In this document: one piece after another, positions 35,701 to 50,700 of the stretch | Layout: every line of letters starts with the position of its first letter | Position numbering within the stretch: the first letter of the stretch is position 1 | NCBI GenBank assembly: GCA_028534125.1 | Contig: CM052817.1 | Coordinates: forward strand, 36,582,001-36,646,000 | Length of the DNA stretch: 64,000 bases | Direction of reading: 5' to 3' | DNA from: Lama glama | Lineage: Eukaryota | Notes under the pieces: generated by a model | What the model was told of the DNA's origin: nothing | Seen by the model: only the letters and a program-made list of their open reading frames with translations | Databases searched by the model: none | Position numbers and translations under genes: made by a program

Positions 35701-38700
35701 AATGGAGGAGTCAGGCGGCTAGAACACCTCACTGTGTCATTCTACACGTAGAGGGATTAGGAGACATTATGGACGTTCCTAACCCTAAACCAGAGGTTCA
35801 GGAGTGTGCAGAGAAAGTGAAGATTGTGTGTGTGCGTACACATGTGCATGTGTGCATGTGTGTGTGTAGGGCAAGGTAGGGTATGGTTGGGGGAGCCACA
35901 CTCCAAGCAGGGGTAATGGCATTGACTACTCTTTCATCAACTGAGACCGAAGGATTAGCCACTAAAGTGTAATGCATGTGGTGTGAATCCTTTACCTAGG
36001 TTTCATTTCATGTATTTCGTACCCATTGTAGACCACTGTGCTCCATGCTGTTGGGGTTGGGGGGGAAGACACGATGACATAATTCTTGTTGGCAAGGTTT
36101 TACAGTATAGTGGGGGAGATGTTCCTGCGTGTACATGCTGTAAAGCAGTAAATGAGGGTGGGGAAGTGGTTTTGAGGGGTGCTAGGAGGGCAGAGGGTAG
36201 GATGGGGAAGCGAGAGAATTGTAGACCATGGACTAGAACAGGAGTCAGCTGTCTTTTTCTGTAAAGGGCCTGAAAGCAAATATCTTCAGCTTCATGGGTC
36301 TTCCATCTGTACTGCAGCTGCTCATCTCTGTCATTGTTGCACGAAGCAGCCATAGACAACATGTACACGAATGAGTATAGCTCTGTTCCAGTAGCACTCC
36401 GTTTATCAAAACAGAAAACAGGTGAGCAGCTGTAGTTTGCTGATCCCTGGACTAGAATGTCAGTTCCAGGAGGGCTAGGACTTTGTTTTAGTCTCAGTTC
36501 TGTCCCATGTCTTAGAAGGGTGTCTTCTTATACATAATAGACACTGGATAACTGTGTTGAATGAATGGAGGGAGAATCAGCCACTGCTCCAGACTGGAGC
36601 TGTGATTGCACCTTATTGCTGCTTTCTGGAATGCGAGGGCTCAGTGCCAAGGGAAGCCCAACTCAGCGACCTGTAAAATTCTTTGACTTAGAACATTTAC
36701 GTTCCGTTTTGGATTAAGCATTTTGGATTGCTTGGTCTTGATCTGAGGAGACGTTTTTAAAACCTGGAAAGGGTTTCTGACAACAAAGTCTGAGTGAATA
36801 ACAAGCTTATTTCTCGTTATCTGAGAAGCTGTTACTAGGTGGCTATTAATAAAGAAGGTACATCACGAGCTATTGATGACACGACATTGTAAACTGACTG
36901 TACTTCAGTAAAAAAGAAAAAAAAGAGCTATCGGTAAATGCGTATTGAAAGTGCACCCAATTATTAGCATGTCTTTTTTACAACCATGGGGAAAGATCAC
37001 CGAAAAGAATAAGAGATTATTGTGTTTTACAGCTTGCTGCTGGTGTACCTAACTCACTTATCTGTCTGGTGTTTCAGTGAGAGGCACCTCAGCTCACGAG
37101 CAGAGTGAAAGGTACATTTCACCCTAGCACCAGCCGCTTCACAGTTGGGACGGTGGGTGCAGGCACAGTGGTCAGTCGATGCTGAGGTCCTCCTGGGTGG
37201 AGGCGCTGGAGTCCATTTTAGTTTGTCACTCACGACAGTTGCGTTATCATAGAATTGGCTTTTGTGAAAAACAACATTTGGGAATGAAATAGCCTTTGGC
37301 TTTGGACTTACTATGTCTGGATTAGATACTGTTTTGTCTGTGGAATAAATTTTATCTTACCCACAAGTTACAAAGAAAGATTGGACTTAGTCCCCAGGGT
37401 TCTGAAATGGCTTCGCAGGCCTCCATTGAATCATGCCTGGATAATGCAGAGGCCCTGCCCTTAATCCTCCTTTCTCCATTCCATCCTCCTTCACCCTTCT
37501 GCTGGCAACCTACAGGATACAATCCAAAATATTTGCCTTCTTCTTGAGTCTCAGCACAGTCAACACTGCCTTAATTTTTTTCCGCCTTCCCGCTCTCTGT
37601 CTGAATAGTCACTGCCCTCAAACATCTGTTTAGTCTGTTTGGAATGTGCTGCGTGTACACCAATGTCAATGTATCTTTAAAATTGTCCCTTGTAGAAAGT
37701 GACACCCGCCGCTTCTGAACTGAGAATTTTCTAGTCCACTTCTCTCATAATTTACAAGGAAGAAAATGATATGTCTTGATGGTGTTAGGTTTTACTTTTC
37801 TAATTTGATTAAGAATTTTGTGAGGGTTAAGAATTGGGGATGTTTGCTTTTGAACCCCTGAGGTGCTTTTATTCCAGCCATTGAATTTCTGTTTCAGATG
37901 TATTGTTTCTTGGTCTGAACTAGATTTGAACAGTGAGGACACTACTACTGGTGATTCTAAAAGTCCACTGACTCACTGATTGTGTAAAACTTGACTAGGC
38001 AGCAGATGAGGTGACATGAGGATAAGTGTTATCACTCATTACTCAAGACCTGTTCCGTACCTTACCCCGTGAAAGAGGAGTGCGTGGAGCAGAGATGCTT
38101 TGCCAGAGCATGTTACATCAAGGAACCTTGAGAGCTCTTGTGTCCTGTTCCAAAAAATTTAAATGGTTTAGAGAATAAGTGGAAGGAATTGAGAGGGACC
38201 CGAGTTGTTCTTCTTGTAAGTCCTGACATTTTTTTGTATGCTCGATTTCTGTTAATTGACGATTCGGTTTCTTTTTCCTTTAAGAGTTGATTTGTACTTT
38301 TTTCCCCCCACTCTCACTGTAAGTTCATCAACCTTCATTGAGGGTATTAAATGCAAATCCTAAATTAAGAGAACTGGTTTTATATTGGGCCAATAACTCG
38401 GTATATTTCTGCATTTACAGTGGGATCATGAAACCTGGCCTCAACGCCATTCTGGGACCCACAGGGGGAGGCAAATCTTCGTGAGTATAACAGTATAAGC
38501 AAACTTTTTCTTTACAGTTTTAATGTGTGGTCTTTTAAAATTGAGTTATAGTTGACATACAATATTATGTTAGTTTCAAGTGTGCTACATAATGATTTGA
38601 TACTTACATTCACTATGAAATGATCGCCATGATAAGTCTAGTAACCATCTGTCCCCATACCAAGTTAATTACAATAGGATTGACCATATTCCTCCTGCTG

Positions 38701-41700
38701 TACGTTACATCCCCGTGACTTATTTATTTTATACCTGGAGGTTTTTACCTCTTAATCTCCTTTGCCTATTCACCACCCTCAGTTTTAATGTGCTTTTAAA
38801 GATTACTTTTATGTGAGTGGGTATTTGTTGAATATTTTCTGCATATCTAGTCTGGTTCTAGGTGCTGTGGATAATGTGCAGTTGTGCTAGCTTGTGGTTC
38901 TGTCCTGAGGACAAGGAAATCTTATTAGGTCAGCTTTACTAATAGAATGTGGTAAGGTGACTGGCACACAGCTGTCAGCTATGATTTGAGCTATGGAGAG
39001 GAAAAGGAGGGGGATAAAATTGAAAGTGGGGAGTTGGAGCCAAAGGCATAAATAAAAGCTATGTCTTAGACGAAAGAGCACACTGCCTGCCTTGGGACCC
39101 CCCAAGGTCAGAGAGCCTGGAGGGCAGTTTGGGTGGTCTGTGCTGGATCAGCCAACAGTGCTTTTCTTTCGTGTTTTTGGGCTTTACTGTAGCATATAGT
39201 AAAAAGAAAAGGAAAGTGACATTTAAAATATATACATAATTTTAGTTAAACTATGTAATTTCTCAGTAAGTTAGTTTGCTAACTTGAGCAGGATTTGGAT
39301 TCAAATTAATCAAAAGATAAAGCCTAATTTGGAAGAATTAAAAACAACAACATATGTCTTTTCATAGGTTGTTAGATGTCTTAGCTGCAAGGAAAGATCC
39401 ACATGGTTTATCTGGAGATGTTTTAATCAACGGAGCACCTCGACCTGCCAATTTTAAATGTAACTCAGGTTATGTGGTACAAGTAAGTATTTGTGGATTT
39501 GCATGTTAGATTTCTTCTGTTTCTTTGTGGGCAAGTGCCTTGGCTGATAGTTGAGTGTGCTTCCAACTGACTACATGATAGACTCATAGAAACAACTTCA
39601 CTTTACATCAGATTTTCATAATCTCCCATAAGATTCAGAGTAGTATGAAATGAAAAGGCAGGGAGAATCTAGAATAGGACCCTCGGAAGGGCAGTGATAT
39701 CAATTCTTGTTATCATATTGTTTCTAAAAGACACTACTATTGCACTTGTTTGCCTTACCTCCACCTCTCTCCTTCCCCTAGCTTAGAACCATGTTTTGGC
39801 AACTCCTTGTGTAAAGCAGTCTGTGTTCTCTTTGGGTGTACAGATAGGCAATGGAACATTCCATCTGGGTTTGCAGCTGTCTACATATGGAGTTATTGTA
39901 ACTTGTATAATTACAAGTTCATTATTGGCTAGAACTTTACTTGGGTGTGTTATTTTTGTGGATAAGTTATATACACTAAGAGTGATGGTATTGGAGAAGA
40001 CCTGATACGTCTTGTTAAAATGCCCTTTTGCTTTAAGGATGATGTCGTGATGGGAACTCTGACAGTGAGAGAAAACTTACAGTTCTCAGCAGCTCTTCGG
40101 CTTCCAACAACTATGACAAACCGGGAAAAAAATGCACGAATTAACATGGTCATTCAAGAGTTAGGTCTGGATAAAGTGGCAGATTCTAAGGTAATGTGGA
40201 AAAAACTGATAGTATCATTGCCAGCAAATAGGACCTCACCTGTGTGGGTAGTATCACTTACAGTTATGTAACATCTAACTATAATTATATAACTATATAA
40301 ATTATATGGTGATAATAACTTAACAGTTATTAGCTTTCTGTCATGTGTATGGTCAAGAGTGGCTGCTTTCTGTAACTATGAGGAAAGTGACTAGTTACCT
40401 AATATGAAGATGGTAATTAATCAGGTGGGAAAAAAAAACCCTAGAATGATTGAATCTTGGAAATGAATGTGGCAATGTGGTCTAGTAAGTGAAAGTGTCT
40501 TGCAGAGAACCAGTGACCCTTGCCACGCGATTACAGCTCTTGATCCTCTCCCACCCCGATTGTGTGTCACGTCTCAATTCAGTGTCTTCACACTAACTTT
40601 GCTTCTTCCTGTTTTCTTCTTCCTGTTTAGCTGTTCTTCTCTTCCTCCAGGAGACTTTGTTCCGTTGCTTTTCAGAGGTATATTTCTGGAATTCATACAC
40701 GTTGAAAATCCAAGGGCTCTTGCTCTGTATGTTTCACTTTGCTGTAATTTGGCTTCCAAAATTATATTCAGTCAAATTAGGGTTTATATCTAATTTGTGT
40801 AGCATCCAAGTTGTTTTTCCAGAGCCTTTCTTTTGGTACTTTTGGCTCCCAACCTCCCCTCTCCTCCCCACTTCTTCTCCCCTTTTTCTCTTGCCAGTGT
40901 TTATTTACAGACTGTTTGTTGTGTACTGGGCTCTTTTCACTTTTAGAGATAACGGTTGTGGGCAGGAGAGGGAAAAGTAACTCCTTTTGTGGGTTATACA
41001 GGATCAGAAAGAAGAAATGAGATGAATGAGTGAACTTTACAGTTGATGACCAGGTATGAACAATTTGCTGGGAAGACATCTGAAGCTTTGGGTGAAGATG
41101 AGCTTTTTAGACTGTGATGGCTATGGTTTAACCCCCCTGTGATATCCTTTACTGTGAATCTCCTTTATCCATTCTTTGTAACCTTTGTTAGAGGGGATAT
41201 TCTGCTGACTGCCACTTCATATGATACTTTCTGACATTCTTTAATGTAAAGTGTATTTTGTTTGGAAAAATAACTCTGAGATGGCAGCATTTCCCACTAA
41301 ATTCATTTTATGAGTGATTGAGTTTCCTTTGCATTGGCTCTGTTTATTTGATTTTTATCTTTCCAATAAGGTATTTACCATTCTTTACCTTTAGGTGAAG
41401 GCCCTCTACCAGTAGGCAGTCATTGCCCTAAGTTCCTTGCATGCATTTCTAGGGAAAATAAGTTGAATGAAGTTGTTGACTTAGAATTTATCTAATTAAT
41501 TGAAATAATACATTTAAATTTTTTTACTTTTTATGGAATTTTAAGCATAACAGAAATGTAGAGAGAATAGTCTGATTACTTATTTGTTACCAAGTCCAAG
41601 TTTGTACAGCTAGTAAATCAAGACACGAGTTGTTGGGGCGAAGAATAATGACTTTATTGGGAAAGCCAGCAGACAGAGAAGGTGATGGATTAGTGTCCCA

Positions 41701-44700
41701 AAGAAACAATATCCCCAAGTAAGAATTTAGGCTTCTTTCATACTAAAAGGGGTGGAGGTGTGATTGGTTATTACAAGCTTCTTGGTGCCAGAATCCTGTG
41801 TTCTTGCAGCTGTCCAGGTGGATCTGGTCACAATGTTCCTATAAACCTCCAACAAGACAAATGTTATTCTCTGTTCTGCAACTTTTTATCTCTATATGAA
41901 TGGAAAAGTGTTATACCCTTAAAGGTCAGAGACTGAGAATGGGCTATCCTGTGTATTTCAGGCAGTAGACAACATTCTTTCCAAAAAGTGCAGAGCCAGT
42001 ATGACTAAGCACAGGCAACAGAGCACAAAGGTTAGAACTGAAGTAGATTCAGTATGGCGTCAGGCCTGTTCTTCTCTGTTACATAGTGATGATATGATTG
42101 TACTATCATTAATGTAATGGTATGATTACTAATAACACTTACCTTAGTTTCCCATAACTGCTTCAACTTTTTTTTGAAGTATTTTAAAGGAAGTTACAAA
42201 TATCATGATAGTTCACTCCTGAATACTGATTATGCATCTTAAAAATAGATATTTGCCTACATTACCACAATGCCATTTTCAACTAATAAAATTGTGTCTT
42301 AATATCAGCCATGTTGCCCATATTCATTCACATTTCCCCAGTTATCTCCAAAGTGTCCGTTATAGCTCAGTTGTTACAGGATTCAGTCAAGGGCATGAGC
42401 AGCACTTGCGTATTATCTCTTTGAAGACGCTTTACATAAAAACTGTTTCCTGCCTACTGCCTCCCTCAAAACCTTCCTGCTCCCGCCCTGCACAGTGACA
42501 CTGACTAGTTGAAAAGACTCAACCAGTTGCCTTGTAGAATAGTCGACCTTCTGAATTTGTCTGAAAGAAGGAGTCAGAAATTCTGTGGTAAGTTAAGGTA
42601 TAGGAGGGGTCAATTTGGGAAGCCTTATGGTGATTTAAGAGGTGCTAATGTGGTGCGGTAGAAAGTGAATTTTTCTAGGTGCCAAGCCACAGTGAGGACT
42701 TTTTTGGGGATGGGGGAATGGGGATTAGGAGGGTGTAAGAAGACTAATAAATTGTAGATGCTTTCAGCTTTTCCTCTCCCATCTTCATCTCCCTTTTTGG
42801 TCTGTGCTTTCACTATGTCAGAGCCATATCTTTTAGTGTTCTAGCTTAACTGTCTTAAGACTAAATATTTGACTTGATAAGAAATATATAGACCTGTTAA
42901 TGGGTTTCATATCAGGCTTAGCCACTTACCAGCTCTGACCTGAGCCTCAGTTTATTCTTTGAGTTAAAGAGAAACCTACCTCTTCTCCTGCGTAGTCATT
43001 CATTTGCTCGTTCACGGTAAATGAGGATAAAGAGACCAAGTGCCCCTTGTAAGGTTGGCACATGTTAGGAGCTCAACAAATGGTAGCGGCTGTGGTTGTG
43101 ATTGGTAATTACGATACTATTTGTGTTTTAGGTTGGAACTCAGTTTATCCGTGGTGTGTCTGGAGGAGAAAGAAAAAGGACTAGTATTGCCATGGAGCTT
43201 ATTACTGATCCAGCCATCTTGTTCCTGGATGAGCCCACGACTGGCTTAGACTCAAGCACAGCAAATGCGGTCCTTTTGCTCCTGAAGAGGTAAACGCTAT
43301 GGGAACGTTATTCATTCATTCATCCAATATCTGAACACCTGCTATATACCAGGTATTATTCTTGGTGCAGGGGATTCAGGAGTAAGCACACGGATAACAG
43401 TTTCTCCCTTCTTTGCTGGAGGGCAACAGTCAATTAGCAAATATAAGTGTTTCACGAAAAATGAGGCAGGCTAAGAGAGTAGCAAAAGATGGCTCTGGTG
43501 GGTAGAGGTGCTGTGTTATGTACAGGCTGGTCAGGGAAGACTTCAGTGAGGTGACATTTGAGCTGGGAGCAAGTGAGCAAGACCTGGATGTGTGGGAGAA
43601 GAGACTTCTAGTTGGAGGGAACAGCCAGGTACCCTAAGGCAGAGTGAGCCCGATGTGTTTGGAACACGAAAGAGGACCTGGACCCTGGTGCCCTAAATCA
43701 GGGATGGGGGCTGCTTATTGATTACTTTGCTCGGGCTGCCATGACATAGTGCCACAGACTGGGTGGCTTAAACAGCAGAAATTTAGTTTTTCACATTCTT
43801 GGAGGCTTGAAGTTTGAGATCAGGGAGTCGGTAGGATTGTTTGTTCGGAGGTCTCTCTCCTTGGCTTGTAGTAGCTGCCTTCTCTCTGTTCTCACTTCAT
43901 CTTCCCTCCATGTGTCTGTGTCCTAACCTCCTCTTCTTAACAAAGACACTGGTAAGAAGGGGGTGGATCCTCTCTGTTTTGAAGATAGAACCAACAGGAT
44001 TAGCTCATGAATTGGATGTGGGACATGCTTATTGAATTCTGAGATCTGGGGCCTGAAAAATGAAAGAATGGAATAAAGACTGTCATTTACTTTTATGAAG
44101 AAAGAAGACGGTGGGAGAAACATGTTTATGGGAAAATTTTCAAAAGTTGAGTTTTGGACATCTTTTTTAAAATCAATTTTTTAAAAGTTTCAATCTTACA
44201 GAAGATTGAAGAGTGGTACCAAAAAATTCCATGTCCCCTTACCTTGATTCCCTAACTGTTACCTTTTAACTGCATTTGCTCTTTCTCCATCCCTCCTTCC
44301 TTGTACTTTTTCTGCCACCATGTACCATCACCCCTATGTACTCTGGACTATAACTCTAGAAAACAGGGACAAGGCTCCTGCGTCACCACCTCACACACCT
44401 CCTAGCCAGGAAGTCAGTGGTGATGTCATGGCAACCATCCAGTTTGTGGACTGCAGTCAGATGTCAACAGCTGCCCCAGAAGTGTCTCTTTTTCCTTTCT
44501 GGCTCAGGATTCTCTCCAGAAACACTCTTTTTTGGGTAATCTTTTATAACCCTGAGCAGTTCTTTGCTCTTTCCTGGCCTCTCACGTCCTCAAACATATT
44601 AGGGAGTACATTTCACAGGGTGGCCCTCAACCTGGGTCCATCCAGTGTTTCTTCATGACCGGACTCAGACCATGAATCCTTGGCAGGGGTACTACAGAGA

Positions 44701-47700
44701 TGATACTGTGTTCTTGGTGCAGAACGTCAGGGGCTGCATGGTTTTGACTTCTCTGACCACGGGCGATGTTGACCTTCATCAGGTGGTCATGTTGGTTTCT
44801 ACTGGGTTTATCTGCTATGAAATAACTATTTTTTTTCTTTGTAATTGATTAGTATTTTGTCAAAGGAGATAATCATATATTAGGCCAATATCCTGTTCCT
44901 CATCAAATCTCCACCCACCAGTTTTAGCAAAGAACCACAACTCCTGCCTGTATCAGCTTCTAGTGTGATGGTTGCCCAGTGGTGACTTTCTATTTACATC
45001 ATTCTTTCTACCTATGTTGGCCTTCTACTATAAGGATGTTTTCTTCCTTCTTTGTTCATTTATATTTACTCACATTCTTTTATTCAGTGGGTTATAATCT
45101 ATTATACTTTTTCATTTTTATGACCGAATTCACCATGATTTGGCTAGTAGAAGCCTCTTCAGTCTGGATTTTGTGTCCTTTTGACATGTCCCTAATCATT
45201 TTTCAAGCATTTTTTTCACTGTATCATCAGCAAGATATTCCAGGTTCATCTTATTTCTCCAAGGAGCCCTGGTTCCTTCTGGTGTAGTTATGATTTAGAA
45301 ACCGAGATCCAGATACTTAAGTGTGCTCACTGCTACAGGATTGTCAATGCTTCTAGACTCAATTAGCAGATAGACCTAGGGAATACATGTGTATGTGTAT
45401 GTGTGTATATATAACATAGAAATACATATCTATATTTTATTTGGGAATGTGTATTTATTATAAATATGTTTTGTGTGTATATATAGTTCGAATAGAATGA
45501 TACATGTAAATATATTTCTAACTATTGCTCTGTTATTATGTATAAAATTAGCAAAACCATGAGTTCATAATATTTCCAATTGTAATCTAACACTTGAATG
45601 TTCTTTAAGTCTTTGCCCTTTCCCTGTTTGTAAGTGACATTTCAGACAGTGAGAAACTCGGCTCCCATCATCTCAGTGTGTTTACTTACTTGCTCAGTCA
45701 CCTAATGTAATTGTTTAATGTAACCAATGTCCCAGTCACTCTGGCCATTGCCTCTAAGACAGCCACCGCTCCGTCCAGTTTTTAAAAGCTGTCAGACACA
45801 CCACCATCATATGACATCCCTCCTTATGACTACCTTGCTTCCTCTGACGTCCATGACCTTGTAAGCAAGGCTCTGTGCTAGGATAAGAAGAAAGGGGAAA
45901 ATAGGAAGATGTCTAAGATTTTAGACATTTTAAGTTTGAGATGTCTGTAGCACATATAAGTGAAGATGTCAAGTATTGGGTCTGGGGTTCAGGTTCAGTT
46001 TCTCTAACTGAACATCCATGGTATTTTTATTATCTGTCACCATGTTAACAGTGTTCATTAGAGAATGATGAATTGATAAAGAATACTGGACTATGTTATG
46101 TTTTGGACTAATTAGCACACAGCATCTTTCCACATGCTGGACAGCTCCAGCCTAGTGCATATCAAGCTCCACTGTGTACACTGTTCATTTTGGGTCTTGT
46201 TAAAATGCAGGTTCTATTTCTACAGCTCTGAGGTGATGTTCAAGATTCTCCACTGCTATTAGGAAATACTGATACTGATGCTCAATGGTCCTCAGACCAC
46301 ACCTGAAGTACAAAGTTCTCATACCAGTCCACGTCTCTGCTGCCAGTCCTTTACTGGCTCCTTGTTGTCCACTAACATTCCAGCTCTGGTTCCCTATCAG
46401 ATAGATTAAAAAAAAAAGAGAGATGAGAATTTAGTAAGAGAAAATCAAGTTGAACGGTGAACAAATGAACTAAAGGTAGGAATAATAAAGTATTTTGCCA
46501 AGGAATGCAAGTTTCCAATGTTTAATGACTCGTTATCTTCTCACTTCTAACTTAGGATGTCTAAGCAAGGACGGACAATCATCTTCTCCATTCATCAGCC
46601 TCGCTACTCCATCTTCAAGCTGTTTGACAGCCTCACCTTGCTGGCCTCAGGAAGACTCATGTTCCACGGGCCTGCTCAGGAGGCCTTGGAGTACTTTGAA
46701 TCCATCGGTATGGTTGACTTTTTCATGCAGTAAGATCCTTCCTTAATAGAATCCTATAAGAGGTCAAAGGGGTTGATGGGAGTGCTATGATCTTTGAGTA
46801 GATGTACCGGGGGTTCCACCACTCCAAAACAGCTGTAGTTAGTTTGGTGCAGGAATTTTTCTTCACTTTGAAGCACCAGCTTGTTATTTAGTTCTCTTTT
46901 TCTGTCCTATTTGAGTGTATGTACTTGTGTGTGTGCATGAGTTTTTCTACTGAGTCTGTATCTGTTCTCCTTCCCGGTTCTGGTGGCCTTTTCTAACAGT
47001 TTAGTGAATATATTGACCTCACAGCCAGTTATCTGTCTGGTGAATACTTTTGGGAAGTCCTGATGTCCCCAAATTGTTTGTCTTCTTGACCATAATACAG
47101 AGCAGGGCTCATCATTTTTTCCTCTTGTGTGGGATGTTGAGCTGTGTTGGTGGGGGTTCACGGAGATGATGCTTAATTTTCTGCTAACATTAGGTTGCAG
47201 ATTTAGGATGTGTGTGACTTACCTGTCAGTATAATGGTTAGTTTTAAGACTGACTTCAATGTGCCAACATTTCTAATGGTTCTGGACTGCCTGGTTCTAT
47301 TTTATTTTATTTTTTTAAAGCATTGTTTAATGAGTTATAGTCATTTTACAATGTTGGGTCAAATTACAATGTAGAGCACAATTTTTCAGTTATACATGAA
47401 CATACATATATTCATTGTCACATTTTTTTTTCACTGAGAGCTACCAGAAGATCTTGTATATATTTCCCTGTGCTATGCAGTATAATCTTGTTTATCTTTC
47501 TACATGCGTGGTTCTATTTTAAATGGAAATATTTAATTTCTTATGACTTATGCAGTCTTCTTCACTTTAGAGGTACTTGGATGGTGCTCCATGACTTCAA
47601 ATGTATTTTTAAATATTTGCTGGCCATCTTTTAAAATGTTTTTGTTTACTTTATCATTTAAACTTAAGAAGCACACATAGGTGTAGGGAGTTTAGGGGAG

Positions 47701-50700
47701 ATGAACCCAAGAGTCAGTCTCCAGGCTAGGCTGAGTTCAGATGGTCATGCTACAAGAAGTTGAGATAAGTGGTGAGCTGTGCCGTCCCAGCCACATTCTT
47801 CTGAGAATGCTGCTCTGGTGATTGGTTCTCTATATTGGAATTATGGCGGGTGACCACTTGTACCTGAATTTAGTAGAGGCAGAAGCAATCATTGCTAGGT
47901 GGGTACTGGCGTTTTGGCAGTCTCCAAGTGAGCTGGGAAACAGAACATACCCCAGGCCTCTCCCAAACACAGTCCTGCTGCGTCTTAGTTGGCTTTGCTT
48001 GTTGCCTTGCTATAAGGAGCATTCGTTCTGCTACTGCTTTTCTTTTTCAACTTATTTTTTTTCCTTGGACCTAGATTTTAGTTTCTGAAGAAGTTCTGAT
48101 AAGCACCAGATCATATTGATAGCTGTTTCAGGTCTTGTGAATTAGGATGGGTAAGCACCAAGCACCAACAGAAGACTTTCTGAGAGTCCAAGTGGTTGGG
48201 AGTGTGTTATTTTGCCAGGATAGAGAATTGTTGAAATATTGTGTGATTGAATATATAAAAGGAAAAGGTAAATTAATGAGAGGAGAAGAGAGAAGGAAGG
48301 TGAGGGAGAAATTGTTAGATTCTGTCTCCCCAGGTGTCCCTCCCTCATCCCTTGAAAGTCTGTATTTCCTAAGACTATCAGGTTTGTGTATCTGAGTTAC
48401 TTTCCTTTGCAGGTTACCACTGTGAGCCCTATAATAACCCTGCAGACTTCTTCCTGGATGTCATTAATGGAGACTCCTCTGCTGTGGTGCTAAACAGAGA
48501 GGACAGAGATGATGAAGGTACGCAAATCTGTTAAGAGTCGCAGATTATTGCCTAATTGAGTTGGCTGAAGTTTAGCAATGTGGTAGCTCATTAAAACGTG
48601 GCTGTGTGAATTTCTATTAATGCCATCCTCTGATACAAGTTGTCCTAGCTTGTTTGGCTGCTGTAACAAAAATACTGTAGACTGGGTGGCTTAAACAACA
48701 AACCTTTATTTCTCATAGTTTTGGAGGCTGGAAGTCCAAGATCAAGATGCCAGCGGATTTGGTCTCTGTTGAGGCCCTGCTTCCTGGTTCATAGATGGGC
48801 GACTGTCTCATTTCCCATTGCCTCCTTACATGGTGGGAGTTGTAGGGGAGCTCTCTGGGGTCTCTTTGATAAGAGTGCTAATCCCACTCATGAAGGCTCC
48901 ACCCTCATGACCTAATCATCTCTCAAAGGCCTTGCCTTCAGATACCATCACATTGGGAATTGGGTTTCAGCATATGAATTTTGGAGGCACACAGACATTC
49001 AATCTAATAGCATCAGTTAACACAGATTTTGTTATCTCTGAGTGCTGTGTTTTTGACTTAATTTATAAATGAGCATTTGTATGGTAGCGTCAGCTCTAAG
49101 GGGAGGTCCCATTAAAAAAAAAAAAAGCCCGTTGTTTACACTTGGTATCCATGGGGAATTGATTCCAGGACCCCCCTGCAGATACCACAGTCCGAGGGTG
49201 CTCGAGTCCCTTATAGGGGGCCCTCCCTATCCCTGGGTTCCACATCTGTAGATACAGAGGGCCAACTGTATACTGTTTTGAAATAAGAAACTTGGCAATT
49301 TATGCATTTGCACATTGGAAAAAAGCAAGAACCAGGTTTTTTTTTTAATTAGAAATTATAACTCTGTGTGGTGAGAAGTCTATTTTAAAAGAATTAGGAT
49401 CCGAACATTATAGTTAAGAAAAGGTCAGTAGTATCCATAAGTTTATAGAAGTAGGCCAGTTTACTGTATTTTTCTAATTTGTAAAGCAATGACAGATCTC
49501 ATAATTTTTTATACTCAAGCTTTAGAATTAAGGTGCTAGGGAAGAATCTAAGAAAGGGGTTTCAGAAAAGTGGGCAAAATCAGTTGTCATTTTGTTAATG
49601 TTTCCCTTCTTTATCCACTTTTCTTCCAAAGCCGAGGAAACTGAAGCGCCTGCCAAGAAAGATACCCCACTCATAGATAAATTAGCTGAGTTTTATGTCA
49701 ACTCCTCCTTCTTCAGAGAAACCAAAGTTGAGTTAGATCAGTTCTCAGTAGGTCCGAAAAAGAAGAAGAGTCTTGCCTACAAGGAGATCACCTATGCCAC
49801 CTCCTTTTGTCATCAGCTCAAGTGGATTTCCAGGCGTTCTTTCAAAAACTTACTGGGTAATCCTCAGGCTTCTATAGCTCAGGTAACCTGGCAGAGTCTT
49901 CTGATTGTGCTGTGAAATACGTGGGGACAGGGGGTTCTGATAGAATCTGTTTTAGGGTTATGCTTATCTTCAACCCACCCTGTCATTTATCGATCCCCAT
50001 TCCATCTGGGATATAGAAACAAGTAAACACAATTGAGTTTCTGCTTATAGAAGACTTTTTTTTTCAGTGGGTTTTTTTTTTTTTAGACTGCCTAATTCAG
50101 GATTTTTGTTGATTTAGACAAGCTGTCATGGATAATCTTTGCAGAAAAAAATTTTTTTTTTCAAAAATTGTGAAGTGAAGGAAATGTTTGGCCACATTTG
50201 GGGTTTTCTGGTGGCTGTGTACATTCACTTCCTGGTGCATCCAGCAAGTTCTCACTGATCACGTGCTGCAGTTTGGAGCTTGTGGACAGCAGTGAACCAA
50301 GTGGGCAAAGATAAAATCCCTGTTTTCATGGAGCTTACTTTCTTGTGAGGAGAGACAGATGATAAATTCATACAGATGTAAAATGTATAGCATGTCAGAT
50401 GGTAAAAGAGACTGTGAAAAGGGTTTAGGCAGAGAAATGGAGAAAGCAGGAGAGACAGAGAGAAGGAGAGGAGATGGAGGAGGAGGGAGAGGAAGGAAAG
50501 TGGTAGGTCTGCATTTTGCATCCAGTGGCCGGGGAAGCCTTCAGCTGGATGTCACTGAATGTCCCTGAAGACAGTAGGGCCGACTGCTGTCTGCGGGAAG
50601 AGCCTGTGTGCAGTTGCTGTTTCTTATAACTGGCCTTCTTCATTTAGGTGTTCTCATCTTAGGAGGGAACTAGATACCTAAAACAGTTTACAATTAACAC

